Notes under the pieces: model-generated
Database searches by the model: none
What the model was told of the DNA's origin: nothing
The model's input: only the letters and a program-made list of their open reading frames with translations
Made by a program: the position numbers and the translations under genes
Shown here: positions 1-8,990 of the stretch, in pieces
Layout of the letters: each line of letters opens with the position of its first letter
How positions within the stretch are numbered: the first letter of the stretch is position 1
Origin: Coleofasciculus sp. B1-GNL1-01
GTDB lineage: Bacteria; Cyanobacteriota; Cyanobacteriia; Cyanobacteriales; Coleofasciculaceae
Assembly: GCA_040220235.1 (NCBI GenBank)
Contig: JAVJTO010000131.1
Strand: one strand, 5' to 3'
DNA length: 22,303 nt

Positions 1-232
1 CACAGCGGCAACGTGACCGTGAGGGCGAGAACGGACTATGTTAAACGCTTCTTCGATGTCTTCAATGGCTTTGCCTCCTTTGAGAAGGATTTTTAAGCCG
101 TCTACGGCTTCATCCGGCAATTTAGATAGGTTAGCTAGGGTACGTTTCCGCACTTTCTTGCCTTCGCGGTAAGAGGAGCGAAGTAATACGGCTGGAGGAG
201 AATTTCTGGCAAGGAACACGCTCTATGTACAT
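1..232 (-). pseudogene. IS1634-family transposase, 5' part, with +1 frameshift after codon 7 (runs off window edge)
   Basis: Manual translation gives ATG(232) MYIERVP, then 4 nt (TGCC) in place of one codon, then RNSPPAVLLRSSYREGKKVRKRTLANLSKLPDEAVDGLKILLKGG...IVRSRPHGHVAAV. This is the typical IS1634 N-terminus. The ATG is one base out of frame with the body. Confidence 0.85.
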
Positions 233-383
233 GACTACAATTGTCTCACAGATTCTCTCCTAAGACTATTAAGAAAATCTTAAATATACATGGGTACGAT
301 TTGAGGGGGCTAAATTGCTAAAATGCTTATGCAGTAGGAGTTCAGTCCCCTGTAGTACATCTGGACGGGGGGAACTTCAGATT
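1..383 (-). mobile_element. IS1634-like insertion sequence, left end and partial transposase
   Basis: Transposase start at 232. Uma2 homology stops abruptly near 378-385, where the minus strand reads TAATCTGAAGTTCCCCCC (probable terminal repeat). The exact boundary is uncertain by a few bases. Confidence 0.7.
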
Positions 384-575
384 AAAGTTGCGGTTTCCGG
401 TATCTGAAAAAGCAGGTGGCATAATGACAACATCCCCAGCCGCAGTACGTTCGATACGCAAGTCTCGATTGGCTTGGCAAAAGCTGTAGAACTCCTCGCG
501 AGTCATCGGCGCGATCGCGGGTAGCGAAATCTTTAAGGGAGTGGTTTCAGTTTGGATGAGTAGAGTTGTGGTCAT
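378..575 (-). pseudogene. Uma2 (DUF820) family endonuclease-like gene, truncated by IS
   Basis: MTTTLLIQ...MTREEFYSFCQANRDLRIERTAAGDVVIMPPAFSDTGNRNFNL matches the Uma2 N-terminus. It then continues into IS-derived KFPPSRCTTGD* (ORF 342..596). The C-terminal nuclease core is missing. Confidence 0.85.
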
Positions 576-643
576 AGCAATATTCTCTTCCGCCAAGACG
601 TTCAGTTGGCATAATTGGTCGAGATGTCCTGTATCAAATGCAA

Positions 644-901
644 TTACAGTTCATACTTCTTCCGCATCTCTTCCAGACTAATACCCTTTCCTTGCCTCAA
701 ACTGCTTCTAGCCTTATCTATTCGCTTAAGGAACTGTGGATTCTGTAAAAGCAACTCTTCCCACCAATCTTCCGAGTCTTCTAAACCAATTAAAATACCA
801 ATTGCCACTCCCTCACGAGTAATAACAATATAATCCTTTTCAGCTACCTGTAAGTAACCCGGTAAATCCTGGCTTACTTGTTCAATTGATACCTGCTTCA
901 T
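644..901 (-). CDS. Phd/YefM-family antitoxin
   Basis: 85 aa with a Phd-like N-terminus (MKQVSIEQVSQDLPGYL...YIVITREGVAIGILIG) and an acidic C-terminus. ATGA overlap with the upstream toxin gene. Confidence 0.8.
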   Translation of the reverse strand: MKQVSIEQVSQDLPGYLQVAEKDYIVITREGVAIGILIGLEDSEDWWEELLLQNPQFLKRIDKARSSLRQGKGISLEEMRKKYEL

Positions 902-1206
902 AATTCTGGTCTCCCGTACTCAGCTAACCACTTGATTGCTTCAGTTTTCTCTTTAACAGCAAGAATTTCTACTGTCCCAGTATCTACAGTGTAAATCACA
1001 TCGTAGAAGACTCGCAGATCATCAACCCGTAACCGATACTGAGGCTGGGCGATCGCCTTGAGACGCTTAATCCGACTCTTACTCAGCTTTTCGGGTTCAT
1101 ATCTCAGGTGTATCTCAATTGCATCTAAAACTTTGGCGCGATCGCTAGCGCTAAGTGTTCCCATATCCTCCTGTGCTTCAGGAGAAAAAATGATCTCCTA
1201 TTTCAC
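898..1206 (-). pseudogene. RelE/ParE-family toxin with premature TAG at codon 3 (residual ORF 898..1164)
   Basis: GTG AAA TAG GAG ATC ATT TTT TCT CCT GAA GCA CAG GAG GAT ATG... reads MK*EIIFSPEAQEDM, in frame with the 88-aa ORF that carries the RelE motif YRLRVDDLRVFYDV. Confidence 0.75.
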
Positions 1207-1272
1207 TCTAACTTGACTCAAGAAATTGCTGATTGATATTTGATATTTGAGTAAGATACCATATCTGTAAAA

Positions 1273-1881
1273 TTAACAAATAGGACGTTGACCTAAGGGA
1301 ACCGCATGAACATATTCGCTACCGGAGGCGGGCCATCCCCGGCGGTAAGAGGCTTCTTCCGGCTTTCCCCAACCAAGCTGAAGGATGATTTCCAGAATCT
1401 GGGAATTCCCATAATGTAAAAGGTTAACCCATTCCGTTCGCGATGCGATCGCCTCCACATCGTCAGGCTGAATTTGGCGATAGTCTTTGCCGAGACGGAT
1501 ACTCAGGTACAAGTCCATACCCTGAGTCACCTGTTGCCAAAACTCCAAGATTGACGGTTTAGCGGCTTTGATTATTTCTACGTCACGAGTTAACGCCACT
1601 AACTGATCATGCACCGTCGGATAACGCAAGGTTATTCCGTTGAGGGTTAACTGTCGCCACACAATACCTGAAACCTGATGTTGTCGCTGGTAGTGGTGAA
1701 CTGCTGCTTTAAAATCCCGATAAGCACTAAATTTTTGAATCCCTTCAGATTGAAGAAATCGGTCAATCACCGGATTACCCGATGCAGAAGCGGCTAGATT
1801 CAGACGCTGACCATTCATACAGGCGCGACGTTCCTCTGCCAAAATTTGGATCAGTTCCTCGGTGCTGTAGACCCGTGACAT
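1273..1881 (-). CDS. Hypothetical protein (cyanobacterial-looking, function unknown)
   Basis: 202-aa ORF with natural composition, co-oriented with its neighbours. No domain recognised. Confidence 0.75.
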   Translation of the reverse strand: MSRVYSTEELIQILAEERRACMNGQRLNLAASASGNPVIDRFLQSEGIQKFSAYRDFKAAVHHYQRQHQVSGIVWRQLTLNGITLRYPTVHDQLVALTRDVEIIKAAKPSILEFWQQVTQGMDLYLSIRLGKDYRQIQPDDVEAIASRTEWVNLLHYGNSQILEIILQLGWGKPEEASYRRGWPASGSEYVHAVPLGQRPIC

Positions 1882-1922
1882 CAGATGTGCGATCGTAGTT
1901 GATTGGGGCAGCAGGGGCGCGT

Positions 1923-1946
1923 GTAGAGACGTGCCATGGCGCGTCT
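1923..1946. repeat. REP-like GTAG + palindrome element
   Basis: GTAG-AGACG-TGCCATGGCG-CGTCT hairpin in an intergenic region. Confidence 0.65.
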
Positions 1947-2017
1947 GGGAGCTGGGGAAATTGGAGCTATTTTAATATTACTATTTTGGCTGTTCTTCCC
2001 CAAACTCCCTGGTATCG

Positions 2018-2626
2018 TCAATCTTGGCTTAATTCCGTATTAATCTCGTTAACCGATCGCCGTTTTAAATCTAGTGATTCAGAACGGGGAAGTAAGTCAA
2101 AAACCTCCCGAAAGACATCATCGACTTTTTCATAGCTGACTTGTCCCGTTTCATTCAACCGAACCTCACCCTCTTGGTCAATGAGAACGGTTTGGGGGAC
2201 TAATCCTTCATAATAATAGCCCGGTTTCATTGGGTCATCACTCGGTTTGTCGTACAGAGTATCCGCGCTAATGGGGATAAAACTCGCCGCCCGTCCATAA
2301 GGCGCTTGTAGCTGGGACACCACGGTGGAAAACTGCTTACAGTCTTTACTGTCATCGATATAGAACACCAGCAAGGCTGGTTTATGTGCTTTTATGGAGT
2401 CTGCCAGAGTGACACGCGGCGGGACTAGGGAACCATTCCCTGCATAGAGGGCAAAGATATTGCCGTCAAAGTGATCATCATTGAGTTCGGCTAGGGCTGA
2501 TGGTGTTGATACCAGCAAACAGCCGAGGACAGCAATCAGAGTGACCAGACATTGGGCAATGAGACGTTTATAAGAATCGCGATTGGTTAGATGTTGACTG
2601 AGAACAGGCAATGAGTCAAAGGTCAT
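2018..2626 (-). CDS. Slr1796-like thioredoxin-fold thylakoid protein (PSI accumulation factor family)
   Basis: N-terminal signal/TM segment, DGNIFALYAGNGSLVPP motif, single-Cys thioredoxin-like site FYIDDSKDCKQFS, and cis-Pro loop VPQTVLID. Confidence 0.75.
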   Translation of the reverse strand: MTFDSLPVLSQHLTNRDSYKRLIAQCLVTLIAVLGCLLVSTPSALAELNDDHFDGNIFALYAGNGSLVPPRVTLADSIKAHKPALLVFYIDDSKDCKQFSTVVSQLQAPYGRAASFIPISADTLYDKPSDDPMKPGYYYEGLVPQTVLIDQEGEVRLNETGQVSYEKVDDVFREVFDLLPRSESLDLKRRSVNEINTELSQD

Positions 2627-2871
2627 ATTACAGTTACAACGTTAGTTTAGATGAAATCCCCTGTTTCTGATTATCCCTGATTGGCTGAGGAGTTCAAGCG
2701 ATCGCCCAAACTGAACCGTTGGATTATCATACCAGCGCAATAAAGTCAATAAAAGCCAGGAAACAGGAAACAGGTAAAGTTACGCACACATAACGAAAAC
2801 CTAGCGAAAACGCGATCGCAATCATCGGTTGTTGAGACTGGAGTTAACAACCACACTTCAGGGTACTACCG

Positions 2872-4557
2872 ATGCAACCTCAACAATCCAATCCCTCTCA
2901 ACCGACTGCTCAAGAACAGGAAATGCTGGAGTTGATCAACCGGATGAGGCTCAACCCAGTCGGCGAACTTGATTTATTAATTAATTCAGCCGATGCTGAT
3001 GTTAACTTCGCGTTGGACTACTTTAATGTTGATCTGGATGTATTGCAAACTCAATGGGCGAATCTCCAACCCGTTCAACCCTTAGCCTGGTCAGATCAAC
3101 TCCAAGAGGCGGCGCAAAACCATAATCAGTTGATGATCCAAGCAGATACCCAGTCCCATCAGTTACCTGGGGAATTGAATTTGAGTCAGCGGATTGCTAA
3201 TACTGGCTATAACTGGTCTACTGTGGGTGAGAATGTCTATACGTATGCTGATTCCGTTTTTCACGGACATGCGGGCTTTGCTATTGATTGGGGTTTCACT
3301 TCAACTGGGATACAAGCGTCCCACGGTCACCGCAATAATATTATGAACTTGAATTTTCGGGAAGTGGGTCTTTCGATTATTCCCGAAAATGACCCAACCA
3401 CCCAGGTTGGATCACTGGTCATCACCCAGAACTTTGGCAATCGCTTCAATTTTGGCAATTCCTGGTTAATGGGAGTTGTTTTTGACGACCAGATTACAGA
3501 TGATCAATTTTATAGCGTCGGTGAAGGACTGGGCGGAATTAATGTCACAGCCGTTAACACTACAACTAACGAACGTTTCACAACGACGACTTGGAACGCA
3601 GGTGGTTATCAAATACAGTTGCCCACTGGAACCTACCAAGTGACCTTTGCTGGCGACTGGGATGATGATGGACAGACAGATACTGAAACTCGTCAGGTGA
3701 CGATTGGGTCAGAAAATGCCAAACTTGACCTGGATACAGATGAATTAATTCCGACACCTGAACCAACGACAGAAACAGACTCAAAGACTGATACTCAAAC
3801 TCCGAGTGACTCAAATACAGAAACAGACTCAACCCCTAATACTCAAACTTCGAGTGACTCAAATACAGAAACAGACTCAACCCCTAATACTCAAACTTCG
3901 ACATCAGAATTGACATCTGAACCCGAATCTGAGCCAACGACTACAGATAATCAGTCCCCGCTTAAATGTAGTGCATCAGATGACCATCTACAAGGTAGTG
4001 CGGATAAAGATATCATCGCTGGCTGTTTAGGCAATGATATTATTTACGGCAAAGAGGGTAATGATATCCTGCGCGGTGACTTTAACCACCGTTCCTCTGG
4101 TGGTATGGTTGGCGGTGATGACATCATTTATGGTGGTAAAGGGAATGATCGGATTGGCGGTAAGGGTGGAAATGATTTCCTCTATGGCGGCGATGATCAT
4201 GACCAAATTTGGGGTGATGACGGCGATGACCTACTTTGGGGCGGTTTAGGGGATGACACTCTCACGGGAGACGATTTCTCTGGGGGACAGGGTAGTGATA
4301 CGTTTGTGCTTGCCCTTGGCGAAGGAACTGATACAATAATAGATTTTCATCTGGGTGAAGATTTTTTTGGGTTAGCCAATGGACTGACCTTTGAAGAGCT
4401 GACCATCACTCAGGGAAGCGGTGGGAATAAGGGTCATGCTCTGATCAATTCTGGTGATGAAACATTAGCCCGTCTCAAAGGTGTAGACGCGAATGACCTA
4501 ATCGCCATTGCCTCTGGCAGTGCCGCGATCGCAAATCCAGTTTTTGTTGACGTATAG
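2872..4557 (+). CDS. CAP (SCP) domain protein with beta-sandwich domain, Thr/Ser linker and RTX Ca-binding repeats; probable type I-secreted protein
   Basis: CAP motifs ELINRMR, LQEAAQNHNQLM, GENV and GHRNNIMNLNFREVG. Many GGxGxD nonapeptides in the C-terminal third. No N-terminal signal peptide. Confidence 0.85.
   Translation: MQPQQSNPSQPTAQEQEMLELINRMRLNPVGELDLLINSADADVNFALDYFNVDLDVLQTQWANLQPVQPLAWSDQLQEAAQNHNQLMIQADTQSHQLPGELNLSQRIANTGYNWSTVGENVYTYADSVFHGHAGFAIDWGFTSTGIQASHGHRNNIMNLNFREVGLSIIPENDPTTQVGSLVITQNFGNRFNFGNSWLMGVVFDDQITDDQFYSVGEGLGGINVTAVNTTTNERFTTTTWNAGGYQIQLPTGTYQVTFAGDWDDDGQTDTETRQVTIGSENAKLDLDTDELIPTPEPTTETDSKTDTQTPSDSNTETDSTPNTQTSSDSNTETDSTPNTQTSTSELTSEPESEPTTTDNQSPLKCSASDDHLQGSADKDIIAGCLGNDIIYGKEGNDILRGDFNHRSSGGMVGGDDIIYGGKGNDRIGGKGGNDFLYGGDDHDQIWGDDGDDLLWGGLGDDTLTGDDFSGGQGSDTFVLALGEGTDTIIDFHLGEDFFGLANGLTFEELTITQGSGGNKGHALINSGDETLARLKGVDANDLIAIASGSAAIANPVFVDV
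3769..3901 (+). repeat. Intragenic 48-bp tandem repeat, about 2.8 copies
   Basis: Unit ACAGAAACAGACTCAACCCCTAATACTCAAACTTCGAGTGACTCAAAT (TETDSTPNTQTSSDSN) starts at 3769, 3817 and 3865. The first copy is diverged. Confidence 0.9.
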
Positions 4558-4729
4558 CTGAGTTCCGCTATGGCGTCTTTCGATTACTTCTTTCGCAATC
4601 GGATTTTTTGTTCGTGATAACTTACAACGGACTCAGTAGGTCGGTGGAAAAAAACCGAACGATGTTAAGTTCTGTAAATGTTCCTCAACCCCTTACATAA
4701 ACGTAGCTTGCTTCTCAAGGGAGCGAGTA

Positions 4730-4883
4730 TGACAAATGACAAATGACAAATGACAAATGACAAATGACAAATGACAAATGACAAATGACAAATGACAAAT
4801 GACAAATGACAAATGACAAATGACAAATGACAAATGACAAATGACAAATGACTTTTAACTTTTGACGTTTGACTTGTGACTTA
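4730..4883 (+). repeat. STRR heptamer tract: (TGACAAA)x17 plus 5 degenerate units
   Basis: Perfect repeat at 4730-4848, then TGACTTT TAACTTT TGACGTT TGACTTG TGACTTA, ending 5 nt before the ATG at 4889. Confidence 0.95.
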
Positions 4884-4888
4884 ATTTA

Positions 4889-6256
4889 ATGACTAACCCT
4901 GATAATGCTTCAGTCGTGCATAAAATTCGCTCCTTAGCCCGAATGCGCTCAGAACAATCGATTCCAGTTTTCCTGCAAGGACTCAACCAGGACGATAATA
5001 GCGTACAGGCTTGGGCAGCGTGGGGACTGGCTCAAATTGGTAGTGATGTAGTAGTGACTCATTTACTTGCAGCCTTGGGAGATTCATCCCCGCAGGTGCG
5101 AAAGTGGGCAACATGGGCATTAGGGGAAATCGGTAGTGAACAGGCAGTTACGGGACTCTTGGACGCCCTAAACCATGAGGATGCTCAAGTCCGTTGGCGG
5201 GCGGCGACGGCGTTGGGACGTATCGCCAATCCCGTGGCAATTGACCCACTCCTACAGGTTTTGCGAGAAGATGAGGATCACTATGTTCGCGGTAGAGCGA
5301 CATGGGCGTTAGGACAACTCAGAAGTGATGCTGCACTCGAAGAATTAAAACGGGCGCTCTATGACCCAGACTTTTATATTCACACCAAAGCTGTCTATGC
5401 CTTAGGAAATCTGGCGAGCGAAGACGCGGTTTCTATTCTCCTGGAAGGGCTTTATCATCCTGTCTTAGAAGTTCGGGCGGCGTCTGTGTCCGTATTAGGT
5501 GAAATTGGCACTGAAACTGCCATTGCGGGAATTTTACAGTCACTTAGCGATGGAGATGTCTTTGTCCGCACACGAGTGGTGGAAGCCTTGGGAAATATTG
5601 GCACACCAACAGTGATAGCGGGTATTCGACAAGCGCTTAATGATGAAGATGCTTATGTTCGAGATAGAGCAGCGGCGGTGATTGAAAAACTCAAGGGGGC
5701 GATGAATCGCGACGTGCAGGATACCTCAGCAATGGCGGCGAGTTCTATTCAAATTCCGGGTTTACCTAAACTCTGGATTGGTTCATTTAGTGAAGCCAGT
5801 GAATATCTCTGGTCGAAAACACCAGGGTCATCGATTCGCTACCTGATTTCCATTGGTTCTCCGGGGGTTGCTCCGCCTCCGGGTTATACTCGCATTCCTC
5901 ACCATTTGCGATTAGAGTTTGATGATATTGATATGCCCCATGATGATCCCGAATATGTCTTGCCCACAGTAGAGCATATCCTGCAAATTATCGAATTTAC
6001 TAATTTGATTTCGTCGAACCAGGGGGATTTACTCATCCATTGTCAATCTGGAGTGAGTCGTTCGGCGGCGGTGGCGTTGATTGTTTGTACTGAGTTATTA
6101 GGCGTGGGTAGAGAGGACGATGCCCTTGCCAATGTTTTAGCGGTTAGACCTCAAGCCCTGCCAAATCTGTGGATTGTTCAGTTAGCCGATGATATTTTAA
6201 ATTGCGGGGGTCGATTGGTTCAAGTGGTGCAACAGCATCATGAGTCGGTGAAATAG
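4889..6256 (+). CDS. HEAT-repeat (PBS lyase-like) protein fused to a C-terminal CX5R protein tyrosine/dual-specificity phosphatase
   Basis: About 8 HEAT repeats (e.g. VRWRAATALGRI, VRGRATWALGQL) over residues ~1-270. The C-terminal domain has LRLEFDDI, P-loop IHCQSGVSRS and RPQALPN. Confidence 0.85.
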   Translation: MTNPDNASVVHKIRSLARMRSEQSIPVFLQGLNQDDNSVQAWAAWGLAQIGSDVVVTHLLAALGDSSPQVRKWATWALGEIGSEQAVTGLLDALNHEDAQVRWRAATALGRIANPVAIDPLLQVLREDEDHYVRGRATWALGQLRSDAALEELKRALYDPDFYIHTKAVYALGNLASEDAVSILLEGLYHPVLEVRAASVSVLGEIGTETAIAGILQSLSDGDVFVRTRVVEALGNIGTPTVIAGIRQALNDEDAYVRDRAAAVIEKLKGAMNRDVQDTSAMAASSIQIPGLPKLWIGSFSEASEYLWSKTPGSSIRYLISIGSPGVAPPPGYTRIPHHLRLEFDDIDMPHDDPEYVLPTVEHILQIIEFTNLISSNQGDLLIHCQSGVSRSAAVALIVCTELLGVGREDDALANVLAVRPQALPNLWIVQLADDILNCGGRLVQVVQQHHESVK

Positions 6257-6294
6257 TGTTGACTCTTCGCTACCATCGAGGACATGGCGTCTGT

Positions 6295-6353
6295 GTAGGG
6301 GCGGGTTTCACTATTATCGTTGCTTCCCTACCAGATGCGACTAAACCCGCCCT
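6295..6353. repeat. REP-like inverted-repeat element (GTAGGGGCGGGTTT...AAACCCGCCC)
   Basis: 10-bp arms around a 34-bp spacer. Related copies at 9224-9287 and 14995-15055. Confidence 0.8.
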
Positions 6354-6527
6354 GACCAAGGTTGGAGTGAAAGGTTTATAGTGGGCGATGCAGACGTTTA
6401 TGGCGCTAAAGCGCAACTACAAACTTACTCATATAGGTAGAATATTATGCTGACGAGCTATAGATGGCTGAGTAAATAACCTAGTATAAGCTCAGGGAAC
6501 CGAGAAGCTGCCCCGTCTGGGAGGAGT

Positions 6528-7877
6528 GTGGATGTGAGTCAATCAGTGCTAGATCAAGTGCGTCTGAGTTTATCGGTAGGCGCGGCTAAAAGCGTTACCT
6601 CGTTGGTGCGAGGATTCCGTTTAGGGGCAGCAAGTGTATTGCCAGGGTCAATTGCCCGCAGAATTCAACCCCATGCTTTGCCGTTGCTTTTGGCACAGGT
6701 ACGGCGTGGGGTGATTCTGATTGTGGGGACGAATGGGAAAACTACGACGGCTCTATTGTTGCGGACTCTGTTAGAGCGTCAGGGGTGGCGAGTGGCGCAT
6801 AATGCCACGGGTGCGAATTTGATTAATGGGTTGGTGACGGCGTTGATGGAGCATACCAATATGGTGGGTTTGCTGGATGCCGATTACGCCATTTTAGAAG
6901 TGGATGAAAATATATTACCGTTGCTGTTGCAGGATTGTCAGCCTCAGGTGATTTTGGGTTTAAATCTGTTTCGAGATCAACTGGATCGCTATGGGGAAGT
7001 AGATACAATTAGTCAGCGCTGGCTGAAGGCGATCGCACCGCTTCCTGCTCAAACTCGGGTGATTTTGAATGCTGATGATCCGACACTGTGTTATCTAGGT
7101 CAGCAGTTATCGCAAACGGTGCGATTTTTCGGTTTAAATGAACCCGATCGCTATTTGGAAGAAATTCCCCATGCTGTCGATTCGATTTACTGTCCCAGTT
7201 GCGGCTATCCCCTGGATTACAAGGGGGTTTACCTGTCTCATTTAGGGGACTATCACTGTGCGAGTTGTGGCTTTAGTAAGAGTTCTTTAGCGGTAAATAG
7301 TCAGGAGTGGCCCCAAATCCTAATTGGCATTTATAACAAATATAATACCCTGGCGGCTGGATTAGTGGCAGAGGAATTGGGGATTGAACGGGCGGACATT
7401 TACGACACGGTTAAAACCTTTAAAGCCGCATTTGGGCGCGCCGAGGAATTGGTGGTGCAGGGGAAGAAGGTGCGGATTCTGTTATCGAAAAATCCGGTAG
7501 GGATGAATGAAACGATTCGGGCAGTTCATGATATCCAAAAACAGGGGGGAGCCTCGACGAAGTTAGTCGTATTGAATGACCGTACCCCAGATGGAACCGA
7601 TGTGTCTTGGATTTGGGACGTGGACACGGAGAAGCTGGTGGCGTTAGGGGGAACGATTGTGGTCAGTGGCGATCGCGTTTATGATATGGCATTGCGCCTG
7701 AAGTATTCTCAATCTGAGGCAGAACATCCTTGTGAGTTAATTATTAAAGAGGATTTAGAGGAGGCGATTAAAACAGCATTAGAGCATACCCCAGCCGATG
7801 AAACCCTACATATTTTACCCACCTATTCCGCAATGTTAGAAGTGCGGGGATTACTGACAGGACGGCAGATTTTGTGA
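6528..7877 (+). CDS. murT: MurT-like Mur ligase (lipid II isoglutaminyl synthase subunit; DUF1727 C-terminus)
   Basis: P-loop GTNGKTTT, motifs GANL, LEVDE and NLFRDQLDRYGE, zinc finger CPSC...CASC, KNPVG and DGTDVSWIWD. gatD lies nearby. Confidence 0.88.
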   Translation: MDVSQSVLDQVRLSLSVGAAKSVTSLVRGFRLGAASVLPGSIARRIQPHALPLLLAQVRRGVILIVGTNGKTTTALLLRTLLERQGWRVAHNATGANLINGLVTALMEHTNMVGLLDADYAILEVDENILPLLLQDCQPQVILGLNLFRDQLDRYGEVDTISQRWLKAIAPLPAQTRVILNADDPTLCYLGQQLSQTVRFFGLNEPDRYLEEIPHAVDSIYCPSCGYPLDYKGVYLSHLGDYHCASCGFSKSSLAVNSQEWPQILIGIYNKYNTLAAGLVAEELGIERADIYDTVKTFKAAFGRAEELVVQGKKVRILLSKNPVGMNETIRAVHDIQKQGGASTKLVVLNDRTPDGTDVSWIWDVDTEKLVALGGTIVVSGDRVYDMALRLKYSQSEAEHPCELIIKEDLEEAIKTALEHTPADETLHILPTYSAMLEVRGLLTGRQIL

Positions 7878-7918
7878 GTTGTCATTGGTCATTAACCCAT
7901 CTGACAAAAACAGTAATT

Positions 7919-8374
7919 TTAACTTTTTTCGGGTAGCCAGTTCATCTCTAATAATTGGTCGAGAGTATAAGGACAGTTTTCAGGAAAATCTACCTCATAT
8001 CCAGTCTTTTGTTTCACGTAGTTTAAGGCTTTTTCATAAATATTGACTTGATTTTCTTGGAGATGATTTCGTAAGTTTTGGGTTAAATCTTCATTGATTT
8101 GGGTTCTAAAGCTCATAATTTCGGCTTGCCAGTGATTGGCATTATATTCATGTTCTGACGTCCAATATTGCAAAAGTAGCAAATGTCGAATAATTTGTTC
8201 TAGAAACCTTTCAACTGTTTTTTTCTCGCGCCGACTCAAGTCTTCCAACTCTTCAATTAAATGGTCTTTGTCCAACTTATTGAATCGGTTTTCTTTTAAC
8301 AAACTAATGGTTCGCGCTAACCATTGGTCATATTCAACCTCATAAAGTGATGCTAAGTTCATGTTCACCTTCAT
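7919..8374 (-). CDS. DUF29 family protein
   Basis: LYEVEYDQW...LDKDHLIEELEDL...HLLLLQYW...W...FPENCPYTLDQLL pattern typical of cyanobacterial DUF29. The start may instead be 8362. Confidence 0.85.
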   Translation of the reverse strand: MKVNMNLASLYEVEYDQWLARTISLLKENRFNKLDKDHLIEELEDLSRREKKTVERFLEQIIRHLLLLQYWTSEHEYNANHWQAEIMSFRTQINEDLTQNLRNHLQENQVNIYEKALNYVKQKTGYEVDFPENCPYTLDQLLEMNWLPEKS

Positions 8375-8434
8375 TTTTACCTCTGCTTATTCAGCATGGG
8401 GAACCTGTCAGGGACAGCACACAATGTCCAAGTT

Positions 8435-8552
8435 ATAGCAAATCCGGGTTAGCTACCCCCGTGATAATCCAGTCCGCGCAGGCGGACTTTGCTTGTGTAG
8501 CAGCGATTTCAATCGCCTCCTTAAAAGGGTGTAATAAAGGCGGATTTGGTAT
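8435..8552. mobile_element. MITE-like element, 118 bp
   Basis: Terminal inverted repeats ATAGCAAATCCG / CGGATTTGGTAT (11/12). Internal hairpins AGTCCGCGCAGGCGGACT and GTAG-CAGCGATTTCAATCGC. Confidence 0.65.
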
Positions 8553-8626
8553 TAACCACGATAATTTTTAGTATTTTAGATAATAAGCCTAAACAACCAT
8601 CTGTAGCAGTCATCCATGAATTGCTC

Positions 8627-8830
8627 CTACTGGACTGACACTAAAATTGGGGATTAGGTTGTAGGTTGGGTTGACGACAGGAAACCCAACAGGATATAGG
8701 GCTAAGGTTCCCTACTACAAGCCGAATCTAATCTATCAAATAAGGTGTGCCACGCCACTACTGGATTGACAGCTAAAATTGTGGATTGGATGTAACCATT
8801 GAATCGGGCGCACGCTATGCGCCCCTACAG
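8627..8830. repeat. Cluster of MITE-like ends and REP-like hairpins
   Basis: Two similar segments, CTACTGGACTGACACTAAAATT (8627) and CTACTGGATTGACAGCTAAAATT (8758). Also GTAG-GTTGGGTT...AACCCAAC and GGGCGCA-CGCTA-TGCGCCC-CTAC hairpins. Confidence 0.55.
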
Positions 8831-8933
8831 TTTCTGATCCCAGGGTACGGTGCAAGTATAACTAAAACTTTTAACGAGCGTGAGTTTGATTTGATATTTG
8901 TTGATTAACAGAGCTTAACGGGCAAAAAAAATG

Positions 8934-8990
8934 TGAGAATTATTTGCAATAAGCAACGAAATTGCGTGGATTCAGCGATTTGTCTATACT
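8934..8990 (+). promoter_or_regulatory. Fur-box-like site followed by a sigma70-type promoter
   Basis: TGAGAATTATTTGCAATAA (8934-8952; imperfect 7-1-7 dyad), -35 TTGCGT (8962-8967), 17-bp spacer, -10 TATACT (8985-8990). Confidence 0.5.

Noticed and set aside
3769..3901. 48-bp repeat as CRISPR
   Set aside because: It is an in-frame coding tandem repeat with no unique spacers.
4665..4847. 60-aa ORF (SFVICHL)n
   Set aside because: It is a translation of the heptamer repeat, not a credible gene.
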